Below are positions 8,357 through 16,818 of a DNA stretch of 64,000 nucleotides, piece by piece; the first letter of the stretch is position 1; every line of letters begins with the position of its first letter. A program made the translations under genes and the position numbers. Origin of the DNA: Acidimicrobiales bacterium (lineage in GTDB: Bacteria > Actinomycetota > Acidimicrobiia > Acidimicrobiales > RAAP-2); the NCBI GenBank assembly GCA_035297265.1, contig DATGZH010000007.1, positions 8,085 through 72,084 of the forward strand, given 5' to 3'. The notes under the pieces were generated by a model that was given only the letters and a program-made list of their open reading frames with translations, did no database searches and was not told where the DNA came from.

Positions 8357-10380
8357 GACGAGACCTCCGAGGCGATGTGCGCCGGGGGCTCCTCGCCGAG
8401 CACGAGCTCCCGCTCGTCCTGCGGCACCCCCTCGAGCACGGGCGGGGGTGCCTGACGGGACAGCTTGAAGAGGAGCCGGCGGAACTGACGGCCCTGCTCG
8501 GCCAGCGTGCCGTCGGGGAACTTGGCGATGCCGATGGCCCCCAACCCGAAGAGGAGCGGCGGGACCTGCGCCGTCCAGGTCGGCCAGTTGAGGGTGAGCC
8601 CCGGCAGGATGCTGAAGGTGAGACCGGCGAAGAGCGCGGCCGAGCACGAGCGCACGCCGGCGGTCACGAGGACGGCCAGCCAGGCGACGCCGACGAACGT
8701 CTCGAAGTTCATCGGCTGGGCCGAGGTCTGGGCGGTGGCGAGGAACCCCCCGCCGATGCCGGCGACCATGGCCGCCAACCCGGCCACGATCGTCTTCATC
8801 TGGAGCACGCTGATGCCGAGGGTCCGCGAGCCCGGCTCGCTCCAGCGCACCGCGTTGAGGGCCAGCCCGGTCGTGGAACGGCGCAGGTTGACGACGAGGA
8901 GGGCCACGACGCAAAAGACAATCAGCAAGAAGTAGGTGAAGGCGATGTTGCCCGAGACGAACTTCGGCGGAGCCATGTTCACCCCGAGCCCGGAGTTCTG
9001 GAAGATGCCCTGGGTGAAGAAGAGGTTGTCCATCAACAACCCGAACGTGAGCGTGACCAGGGCCACGTACAGGTCGCCCAGGCGGATGGTGAAGAACCCG
9101 ATGATGACGCCCATCGGCAGCGCGACGAGCCCGCCGGCCACGATCGCCGCCAGGATCGGCCAGCCGTGGTTCGTGGCCAGCTGCGCCGCGGTCACCGCCC
9201 CCACGCCGGCGAACGTGATCTGACAGAGCCAGATCATGCCGCCCTCCCCGGTCACGAGCGTGAACGAGAGGAAGATGATGCCGTAGGCCACCCCGGCTTC
9301 GATGAGCGGCGTGTAGTAGGAGGGGAGGGGCAGCACGGGCAGGATGAACGCCACGACGATGAGGAAGGCCGGACCGGCATACTTGCCGATGAGGCCGAGC
9401 GAGCCGGTCTGCAGCGTGGCCACGCTCGTCGACCCGGCAAGCTGGCTCTCCCCCTGCGGCAGGATCGCCCGGTCGAGCGCCCCTCCGACCCCCTCGGTCT
9501 CGCTCACCCGACCGGTGCGGATGAGGTTGTAGATCAAGAAGATGGCGATGAAGATGAACGGGATGGCCTCGATCAACTCGCCGGTCCAGGGGCTCGACGG
9601 GGGGAGCTTCCACTGGATGAGCGACGTCACCACGCCCATCAGCACGCCGACGATCACGGCCACCGGCAGGCTGCGGAGCTTCGCCGCGACCACCGCGGCG
9701 AACGCCGAGGCGAGGAGGAGGGTGAAGTTGGCCGGGTCGAGGCCGATGTTCGGCGCCACGAGCACGCCCGTGAGGCCGGCGAGGAAACTGCCCACCGCCC
9801 ACACGCCGACCGAGATGGCCCCGACGCTCGAACCGGAGAGGCTGGTCATGGCCGGCGAGTCCACCATGGCCCGGACCTTCAGGCCGACCTCGGTATAGCG
9901 CAGCACGCCGGCCCCGAGGACCACGGAGCCCACGACGGCGATGTAGATGATGACCGTGTCCAGCGTCACGGGCACGCCCAGGAAGTCGAAGACCCGGACG
10001 GGCTCGGGGGCCAGGCCCGGCGCCTTCAAGATGGCCCCGTTGCCGAAGATGATCGTGGCCAATGCCGGGATCGTGACCGAGAGTCCCAGCGTGACGACCA
10101 CCTTGACGAGGGCCGAGGACAGCCGGAGGAACCGGAAGACGGCGTAGTAGAGGGCGATGCCGAGGGCCGGACCGGCGACGAACAGGGCCAGAGCGGCGGC
10201 CGGCACGATGCCCCAGTTATGTTGCACGTGCAGGAAGTAGTAGAAGCGGGCGATGAAGAAGGCCATCGAGGCGAACGCGAAGTTCAAGATGCCCGACGAC
10301 ACGTACGTGATGACCAGGCCGGACGCGGCGATCGCATAGATCCCCCCAGTCGCCAGTCCGGCTATCACGTACTGGAGCAC
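8353..10380 (-). CDS. fused LivH-LivM-like ABC importer permease
   Basis: A single 675-aa polytopic ORF. The N-terminal ~290 aa are LivH-like (VLQYVIAGLATGGIYAIAASGL...). The C-terminal part is LivM-like (GIIFLSFTLVTGEGGMIWLCQITFAGVGA...). GTG 10380 is preceded by GAAGGGGGG. Confidence 0.8.
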   Translation of the reverse strand: MLQYVIAGLATGGIYAIAASGLVITYVSSGILNFAFASMAFFIARFYYFLHVQHNWGIVPAAALALFVAGPALGIALYYAVFRFLRLSSALVKVVVTLGLSVTIPALATIIFGNGAILKAPGLAPEPVRVFDFLGVPVTLDTVIIYIAVVGSVVLGAGVLRYTEVGLKVRAMVDSPAMTSLSGSSVGAISVGVWAVGSFLAGLTGVLVAPNIGLDPANFTLLLASAFAAVVAAKLRSLPVAVIVGVLMGVVTSLIQWKLPPSSPWTGELIEAIPFIFIAIFLIYNLIRTGRVSETEGVGGALDRAILPQGESQLAGSTSVATLQTGSLGLIGKYAGPAFLIVVAFILPVLPLPSYYTPLIEAGVAYGIIFLSFTLVTGEGGMIWLCQITFAGVGAVTAAQLATNHGWPILAAIVAGGLVALPMGVIIGFFTIRLGDLYVALVTLTFGLLMDNLFFTQGIFQNSGLGVNMAPPKFVSGNIAFTYFLLIVFCVVALLVVNLRRSTTGLALNAVRWSEPGSRTLGISVLQMKTIVAGLAAMVAGIGGGFLATAQTSAQPMNFETFVGVAWLAVLVTAGVRSCSAALFAGLTFSILPGLTLNWPTWTAQVPPLLFGLGAIGIAKFPDGTLAEQGRQFRRLLFKLSRQAPPPVLEGVPQDERELVLGEEPPAHIASEVSS

Positions 10381-10750
10381 TCGCCCCCCTTCGGACCCTG
10401 GCTCGCCGCCGCCCTGTCTACCCCGCCACCGCCGGCGCCCGGACGGCGCCCATGGCCGTGGCTGGCGCACCGGTCCGGCAGTCCCTGCGGCGGCCGGCTC
10501 CCCGGCCCCGGACCGGAGCGCCCGGCATCGTATCTCGGTGACCGTCCAGCGGCCCTTGGGCCACCGCCGCAGGCCCGCCCGTCCGTCCCGCGAACCCCGT
10601 TGGTCCGGACTGTAAATCCCATTTCCGCAACCCATCCCCCGCTGCTACCATCGAAGAAGGGCGCGCGCGCCTCTTCACCCGCCGGCCGGGGAGCACATCG
10701 CCGCTGCCGGACGAGCGGTCCAGCGCAACACGAAGGAGCCAAGGATTCCC

Positions 10751-11947
10751 ATGCCGTCACGAGTGCTCGACTTCCCCGTCTTCGACGTCGACAACCACAT
10801 GTACGAGACGACGGACGCTTTCACGAAGTTCCTACCGCCGGAGTACGCCGACCTCATCAAGTACGTCTCCGTGAACGGCCGCACCAAGATCGCCGTCAAG
10901 AACAAGATCAGCGACTACATCCCGAACCCCACGTTCGAGGTGGTGGCGGCGCCGGGCGCTCAGGAGGAGTACTTCAAGCACGGGAACCCCGAGGGCAAGT
11001 CCCGGCGGGAGATCATGGGCAAGCCGATCCGGGCCCTCCCGGCCTTCTTCGACCCCGAGCCCCGCCTGGCCCTGATGGACGAGCTGGGCGTGGACCGGGC
11101 CCTCATGTGGCCGACGCTGGCCAGCCTCCTCGAGGAGCGCATGTCCGACGACCCGCCGGCCACGCACGCGGTGATCCACGCCCTCAACCAGTGGATGTAC
11201 GAGCACTGGACGTTCAACTACCAGGACCGCATCTTCCCCACCCCGGTCATCACGCTGCCCATCTTGGACAAGGCCATCGAGGAGCTGGAGTGGGTGCTCG
11301 AACGGGGGGCCCGGGTGATCCTCGTCCGGCCGGCCCCGGTGCCGGGCTTCATGGGCCGCCGTTCGATGGCGCTGCCCGAGTTCGACCCGTTCTGGCAGAA
11401 GGTGGCCGAGGCCGACATCCTCGTCGGCATGCACTCGTCGGACAGCGGCTACCAGCGCTACATCAACGAGTGGGAGGGCGTCCGGGACGGCGAGATGCTG
11501 CCGTTCAAGGGCGGGTCGGGCTTCGCTGCCATCATCGGCCACCAGGGTCGCACGATCGTCGACACCGTCGCCTCCCTCGTGGGGCACGGGCTGTGCACCC
11601 GGTTCCCGACGCTCAAGTTCGCCCCGGTCGAGAACGGGAGCAACTGGGTGCGGCCGCTCCTCCACGACATGGAGCACGCCTGGGACACCTCGCCTCGGCT
11701 CTTCGAGGAGAACCCGGTCGAGGTCTTCAAGCGCAACATCTGGGTGCACCCCTTCCACGAGGAGGACCCCGTGGGCCTCGTCAAGCTGCTCGGGGCGGAC
11801 CGGGTGCTCTTCGGCTCGGACTTCCCGCACCCCGAGGGCATGTCCGACCCGATCAGCTTCGTGAAGGAACTCGACGGGCTCCCGGACGAGGACGTCCGCA
11901 AGGTCATGGGCGGCAACCTCGGCAAGATCATGAAGGTGGCCGCCTGA
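10751..11947 (+). CDS. amidohydrolase-2 family protein
   Basis: 398 aa with N-terminal FDVDNHMYE and C-terminal FGSDFPHPEG. It is a paralogue of 26837-27961 and 37638-38846. The RBS is GAAGGAG. Confidence 0.85.
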   Translation: MPSRVLDFPVFDVDNHMYETTDAFTKFLPPEYADLIKYVSVNGRTKIAVKNKISDYIPNPTFEVVAAPGAQEEYFKHGNPEGKSRREIMGKPIRALPAFFDPEPRLALMDELGVDRALMWPTLASLLEERMSDDPPATHAVIHALNQWMYEHWTFNYQDRIFPTPVITLPILDKAIEELEWVLERGARVILVRPAPVPGFMGRRSMALPEFDPFWQKVAEADILVGMHSSDSGYQRYINEWEGVRDGEMLPFKGGSGFAAIIGHQGRTIVDTVASLVGHGLCTRFPTLKFAPVENGSNWVRPLLHDMEHAWDTSPRLFEENPVEVFKRNIWVHPFHEEDPVGLVKLLGADRVLFGSDFPHPEGMSDPISFVKELDGLPDEDVRKVMGGNLGKIMKVAA

Positions 11948-12081
11948 GCAGCGCCCGCCGCGGCGGTCCGTCCGCTGCGCAGGATGACCAGGCGCGCCCT
12001 GTCATGACTTCTTCACGCGATTGACATAACCTCCTTGGCGGGCCACCATGGCCCGACAGCTTCGAGGCACAAGGGGGGGCG

Positions 12082-13350
12082 ATGCGACGTGTCGTCCGGA
12101 AGTACAGGCCTTTCTCACTCGTCGCCGCGGTGGCGGTCCTGGTGACGGCGATGGTGACGCTCGGTGCCGCACCGAGCGGGGCCTCCGGTGGACTGACCGC
12201 CAGCGCGCCGGGTATCACGCCGACGACGATCACGCTCGGTCTGCCGCTGGCCGAGACCGGCGTGGCCGCCTCGACCTTCGAGGACGCCCCGATCGGCGCG
12301 ATGGCTCGGGTCGCCTACCAGAACGCCCACGGCGGGGTGGACGGCCGCAAGCTCGTGCTCGACATCGTGAACGACAACTCGAGCCCGAGCCTCGTGCTCA
12401 CCTCGGCCCAGGACCTCCTCTCGAAGGGGGCCTTCGGGATCGTGGCCTTCGACCCGTTCTTCTTCTCCGCCGCCCCGTACCTCCAGCAGCAGGGTGTCCC
12501 CGTGGCCGGCTTCGCCCTCGACGGGATCGAGTGGGGCCAACAGCCCTACACCAACATGTTCAGTTTCAACGGCAGCTTCGACTCCCACTTCCCGGCCAAC
12601 AGCAGCGGCGGCCTCTTCTTGAAGCAGCACGGCGTCACGAAGTTCGCCGTGCTCGCCTACAACGTGTCGAAGTCCTCGACCGCCGCGGCGACCGGGTTCG
12701 CCTTCTCGGCCAAGCACGCCGGCATCGCCGTGCCCTACGAGAACCTCTCGGTCCCGTTCGGATCGTCGGACTTCACGTCGATCGCCCTCCAGATGAAGTC
12801 GGACGGGATCAACGGCGTCTACGCCGGCCTCGTCGAGTCCTCGGACATCGGGCTCCTCACCGCGATGAAGGACGCCGGGATCAAGCTGAAGGTCGTGGAC
12901 CTGTCGACCGGGTACGGCGACCAGGTGATCGACCAGCCGGCCGCCAACCAGGCGGCCCAGGGCGTCTACTTCGGCTCCGAGACCGTGCCCATCGAGAAGC
13001 ACTCGCCGGCCACCGTGGCCTGGCTCAACGCCCTCGTCAAGTACTCGCACGGCGCCTTCAAGGCCGGGACCATCCCCGACTTCGGGGTCTTTGGCGGCTG
13101 GGTCAGCCTCGACACGATGATCTACGGCCTGGAGCACGCGGGGAAGAACCCCACCCGGGCCTCCTTCGAGCAGGCGCTCGACCGTACGAGTGGCTACACG
13201 GCCAACGGCCTCCTGGCCACCCCGTCCAGCTGGACCCATTTCGGGACGGCACCGTCCTACACCTGCGCCTACAACGAGCAGCTGGTGGGGAAGAAGTTCA
13301 TCCCAACGGAGGACTGCGGCCATCTCCTGCCCAACAGCAACCAGGCCTAG
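12082..13350 (+). CDS. ABC transporter substrate-binding protein (LivJ / Peripla_BP_6-like)
   Basis: 422 aa with an N-terminal hydrophobic signal that contains no Cys. The body is type-I periplasmic binding-protein-like. The RBS is AAGGGGGGG. Confidence 0.85.
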   Translation: MRRVVRKYRPFSLVAAVAVLVTAMVTLGAAPSGASGGLTASAPGITPTTITLGLPLAETGVAASTFEDAPIGAMARVAYQNAHGGVDGRKLVLDIVNDNSSPSLVLTSAQDLLSKGAFGIVAFDPFFFSAAPYLQQQGVPVAGFALDGIEWGQQPYTNMFSFNGSFDSHFPANSSGGLFLKQHGVTKFAVLAYNVSKSSTAAATGFAFSAKHAGIAVPYENLSVPFGSSDFTSIALQMKSDGINGVYAGLVESSDIGLLTAMKDAGIKLKVVDLSTGYGDQVIDQPAANQAAQGVYFGSETVPIEKHSPATVAWLNALVKYSHGAFKAGTIPDFGVFGGWVSLDTMIYGLEHAGKNPTRASFEQALDRTSGYTANGLLATPSSWTHFGTAPSYTCAYNEQLVGKKFIPTEDCGHLLPNSNQA

Positions 13351-13360
13351 GCGGCACCGC

Positions 13361-14650
13361 ATGACGCTGCCGGCGGGCGGACGGTCGGGGCCGAGGCGAC
13401 GAAGGGGGCTCGGGTGGTTCGGCCCGCTCGCCGCGCTGTCCGTCCTCGCCGCCGTCGGGTACCCGACGGCGCCGGCCGGGGCCACGGGGGGACTCACGGC
13501 CAGCGCCCCGGGGGTCACGCCGACCACGATCACGATCGGCTACCCGGTGGCCGAGACCGGGGTGGCCGCCACGACCTTCCAGGACGCGCCGGCCGGCGCC
13601 ATGGCCCGGGTGGCCTACCAGAACGCCCACGGCGGGGTGGACGGGCGCAAGCTCGTGCTCGACGTGGTCAACGACGAGTCGAGCCCGAACCTCGTCCTCT
13701 CGTCCGCCGAGGACCTCGTGTCGCGGGGCGTGTTCGGGGTGATCGGGTTCGACGCCTTCACCTACATGGCGGCGCCCTACCTCCACGCCCAGGGCGTGCC
13801 GGTCACCGGTTGGACGGTCGACGGTCTCGAGTGGGGCAAGCAGCCCTACACCAACATGTTCGACTACGCGGGCGAATTCGATCCCCACTTCCCAGTCAAC
13901 AGCTACGACGGGACGTTCATGAAGAGCCTCGGCGTCACCCGGCTGGCCGTCCTGGCCTACAACCTCTCCCCGATCTCGACCGCCGCGGCGACCGGGTTCG
14001 CTCTCTCGGCCAAGCGCGCCGGCGTCGCCGTGCCCTACGAGAACCTCTCGGTCCCCTTCGGGACCTCGGACTTCAGCAGCATCGCCCTCACGATGAAGTC
14101 CGAGCACATCAACGGGGTCTACGCCGGCATGCTCGAGGGCTCGAACATCGGCCTGCTCACCGCCATCCGCCAGGCCGGCATCCCGATGAAGGGGGTCCTC
14201 CTCCCGACCGGCTACGGCGAGCAGCTCGTCTCCCAGCCGGCCACCAACCAGGCGGCCCAGGGGGCCTACTTCAGCGACTACACCGTGCCGATCTGGGACC
14301 ACACGGCAGCCACCGTCGCCTGGACCAAGGCCTTGGCCAAGTACGCACCTGGCTCCTACCAGCTCGGCCAGGTCCCGGACTTCGGCCTCTTCGGCGGCTG
14401 GATCACCGTCGACCTCATGATCTACGGGCTGGAGCACGCCGGCAAGAACCCCACCCGGGCCTCCTTCGAGAAGGCGCTCGATGCGACGACGGACTACACC
14501 GGCGGCGGCCTGTTGCCCGGTCCGGCGAACTTCACCCACTTCGGCCAGGCGGCGCCGTACGGCTGTGCCGTCTTCGAGAAGCTCACCGGGAAGCACTTCG
14601 ACCCGGTGAAGGTCTGCGGCCACATCCTCCCGCACAGCAACCAGAACTGA
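13361..14650 (+). CDS. ABC transporter substrate-binding protein, tandem paralogue
   Basis: It is about 70% identical by eye to the preceding SBP and has an RRRR-containing signal. ATG 13361 lies 10 nt after the upstream stop. The track start at 13190 is an out-of-gene extension. Confidence 0.85.
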   Translation: MTLPAGGRSGPRRRRGLGWFGPLAALSVLAAVGYPTAPAGATGGLTASAPGVTPTTITIGYPVAETGVAATTFQDAPAGAMARVAYQNAHGGVDGRKLVLDVVNDESSPNLVLSSAEDLVSRGVFGVIGFDAFTYMAAPYLHAQGVPVTGWTVDGLEWGKQPYTNMFDYAGEFDPHFPVNSYDGTFMKSLGVTRLAVLAYNLSPISTAAATGFALSAKRAGVAVPYENLSVPFGTSDFSSIALTMKSEHINGVYAGMLEGSNIGLLTAIRQAGIPMKGVLLPTGYGEQLVSQPATNQAAQGAYFSDYTVPIWDHTAATVAWTKALAKYAPGSYQLGQVPDFGLFGGWITVDLMIYGLEHAGKNPTRASFEKALDATTDYTGGGLLPGPANFTHFGQAAPYGCAVFEKLTGKHFDPVKVCGHILPHSNQN

Positions 14651-14738
14651 GGGAGAGGGGTTCCCGGCGCCGGCCGGGACGGGCTGGCTAACGTCTGGCT
14701 CCGAAGCGTCCATGCCCCTGAACCCCCAAGGAGGCGCC

Positions 14739-16712
14739 ATGTCCGCAACTCTCCAGGCCCGTCCGCGCCGACGCTGGCGCGGCCTCGCCGGCGTGGCGGC
14801 CTCGGCCGCCGTCCTGGCCGGCTCCCTCGTGGTCGCCGCCGGGGTGGCCACCCCGGCCGGCGCGGTGACGACGCACACGGCGACGTTCCTTCTGAGCCCG
14901 AGCCTGAGCCCGAGCCCGTTCAACGAGTTCCTCGGGACGTCCTGCCCCAGCACCACGTGGTGCATGGCCGTCGGTGAGCAGTCCTCCGGTGTGGACCAGA
15001 CCCTGGCCGAGGCCTTCAACGCCGGTACCTGGTCGGTGCTCCCCACGTTCAACACGACCAACACCCAGACCAACCTGTTGAACGCGGTGTCGTGCCCCAC
15101 CACCACCTGGTGCATGGCCGCCGGGTACGAGGAGTCCTCCGGCCACCAGGAGCCGATGACCCAGGTGTACCAGGGCGGGGCCTGGTCGAACAGCAACAGC
15201 CTCACCCCGAACGCCGGCCAGAACACCGACGCCACGGCGATCTCCTGCCCGACGACCACGTTCTGCGTCGCCGTCGGGTGGAGCGGCAACAACCGCGTCC
15301 CCTGGTCCGAGACCTGGAACGGGGCCACCTGGGCGCTCGACACGAGCATCGCCCCGCCACCCATGCTGAACGGGAACTACGAGCTCTACGGGGTGTCCTG
15401 CCCGAGTGCGGCGTACTGCACCGCCGTGGGCTTCGCCGATACCACGGTCAACGAGATCGGCTACATCGTGGTGTCGACCGACGGGGGCAACACCTGGTCC
15501 TTCGTCCCTGGCGCCGGGGTCAACGCCTTCACCACGCTCAATGCAGTGTCGTGCACCAGCCCGACGTTCTGTTCCGCCGTGGGCGGCGCCTCCCTCGGCG
15601 AGGAGGGTGAGATCACCTTCGCCGAGCAGTGGAACGGCACCATGTGGTCCGTCGTCCCGACCCCGACCTCTCCGGTGCCGGGAGCGCTCGAGAGTGAGAT
15701 GCTCGGCGTGTCCTGCGTGTCGCCCGCTTCGTGCGCCGCGGTCGGCTACTCCGTCACGACCCTTCTGGTCGGCATCCAGTTCGTCATGGGCTTCAACGGC
15801 CGGACGTGGTCGGCGATCTCGGCCGAGCACGTCGCAGGCGCGCTGAACGAGGTCAACGGCGTCTCGTGCGCCGCCACGTCGATGTGCCTGACCGTCGGTA
15901 ACTCCAGCCCGGGACCGACCTCGGCCACCCTCGCCCTCATCGGGCCCACCCTCGCGCCCGAGGGCTACTGGGTGGTGGGCAAGGACGGCGGGGTCTTCGG
16001 CTTCAACGCCACCTTCTTCGGCTCGGTGCCCGGGCTCGGCATCCACGTCAACAACATCGTGGGCATCGCCGCGGCCCCGGACGGCCACGGCTACTGGCTG
16101 CTCGGCTCCGACGGCGGGGTGTTCGGCTTCGGCTCGGCCCTGTTCTACGGCTCCCTGCCCGGTTCGGGTATCCACGTGAACAACGCCGTGGCCATCGCCT
16201 CGAGCCCGAGCGGCCACGGGTACTGGGTCGTCGACGCCAACGGCGGGGTCTACTCGTACGGTGACGCCGCCTTCTTCGGCTCCGTCCCAGGCGTCGGCGT
16301 GAGCATCAGCAACGTGGTGGGCATCGCCGCCTCGCCCAGCGGCGGGGGCTACTTCATCACCGCGGCCGACGGCTCGGTCTACGCCTTCGGCGTGCCCTAC
16401 GCCGGCGGCAGCACCCACGCCACCAACGTGGTCGGCATCGCCGCCACCACCGGCACGAACGGGGGCGGCTACTGGCTGGCCAGCGCCACGGGCGGCCTGG
16501 GGGCCTACGACGCCCCGAGCATCGGCTCGCTCATCGTCTCCGGTGTCACGGTCGGCAACATCGTCGGGGTGTCCTCGACGAACGGCGGTGACGGCGTGTG
16601 GATGGTGGGGTCGGACGGGGGGGTGTTCACTCTCGGCGGCGCCCCGTTCCTCGGCTCTCTCCCGGCCATTGGTGTCAGCGTCAACAACATCGACGGCATC
16701 GCCGCCACCTGA
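14739..16712 (+). CDS. secreted tandem-repeat protein (two propeller-like repeat arrays)
   Basis: ATG 14739 is preceded by AAGGAGG. The signal is RPRRRWRGL...AAGVATPAGA. It is followed by 7 Cys-pair repeats and then 6 GYW/DGGVF repeats. Confidence 0.8.
   Translation: MSATLQARPRRRWRGLAGVAASAAVLAGSLVVAAGVATPAGAVTTHTATFLLSPSLSPSPFNEFLGTSCPSTTWCMAVGEQSSGVDQTLAEAFNAGTWSVLPTFNTTNTQTNLLNAVSCPTTTWCMAAGYEESSGHQEPMTQVYQGGAWSNSNSLTPNAGQNTDATAISCPTTTFCVAVGWSGNNRVPWSETWNGATWALDTSIAPPPMLNGNYELYGVSCPSAAYCTAVGFADTTVNEIGYIVVSTDGGNTWSFVPGAGVNAFTTLNAVSCTSPTFCSAVGGASLGEEGEITFAEQWNGTMWSVVPTPTSPVPGALESEMLGVSCVSPASCAAVGYSVTTLLVGIQFVMGFNGRTWSAISAEHVAGALNEVNGVSCAATSMCLTVGNSSPGPTSATLALIGPTLAPEGYWVVGKDGGVFGFNATFFGSVPGLGIHVNNIVGIAAAPDGHGYWLLGSDGGVFGFGSALFYGSLPGSGIHVNNAVAIASSPSGHGYWVVDANGGVYSYGDAAFFGSVPGVGVSISNVVGIAASPSGGGYFITAADGSVYAFGVPYAGGSTHATNVVGIAATTGTNGGGYWLASATGGLGAYDAPSIGSLIVSGVTVGNIVGVSSTNGGDGVWMVGSDGGVFTLGGAPFLGSLPAIGVSVNNIDGIAAT
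14919..15902 (+). repeat. coding repeat array: 7 x ~51 aa, S-C-x5-C-x-[AT]-V-G ... W-N-G-x-x-W-S
   Basis: Cys pairs occur at track residues 78/84, 128/134, 179/185, 230/236, 281/287, 335/341 and 386/392. Repeat 4 contains the Asp-box-like motif STDGGNTW. Confidence 0.75.
15963..16709 (+). repeat. coding repeat array: 6 x ~42 aa, GYW-x4-DGGV[FY]-x-[FY]G-x-A-x-F-x-GS ... NN-x-VGIA
   Basis: The periodicity was read directly from the translation (track residues 418-666). The units are also similar at DNA level. Confidence 0.75.
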
Positions 16713-16728
16713 CCAAGCGAGCCACCGA

Positions 16729-16760
16729 CCACGGGGGCCGGCCGAGGCCGGCCCCCGTGG
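16729..16760 (+). terminator. strong GC hairpin (intrinsic-terminator-like, no U tract)
   Basis: CCACGGGGGCCGGCC-GA-GGCCGGCCCCCGTGG forms a 15-bp perfect stem 17 nt after the repeat-protein stop. Confidence 0.55.
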
Positions 16761-16818
16761 CGCGTCCGCGGCCGGGAACGACGGCGGCGCCACCGTGAGC
16801 GCCTAATCTCCCCAGGCC

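Noticed and set aside
8377-12024. Very long ORFs in the track, such as 8377-12024 (+, 1215 aa). Others include 990-2228, 2840-4648, 4534-6594, 27825-30341, 43563-45776, 52370-54025 and 60122-63445.
   Set aside because: They run antisense to, or out of frame with, genes that carry clear family motifs. Their translations are Arg/Gly/Pro/Ala/His-rich low-complexity strings with no motifs. Stop-codon depletion in about 70% GC DNA produces such frames routinely.
14663-14678. Hairpin CCCGGC-GCCG-GCCGGG between the second SBP gene and the repeat-protein gene.
   Set aside because: It has only a 6-bp stem in GC-rich DNA and sits 60 nt before a gene with a strong RBS. That is too weak to call a terminator and it may be meaningless.
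14919-16709. DNA-level periodic repeats as a CRISPR array or non-coding tandem repeat.
   Set aside because: The periodicity is in frame within one long ORF and is conserved at protein level (Cys pairs, GYW/DGGVF). There are no spacer-like unique segments of constant length.
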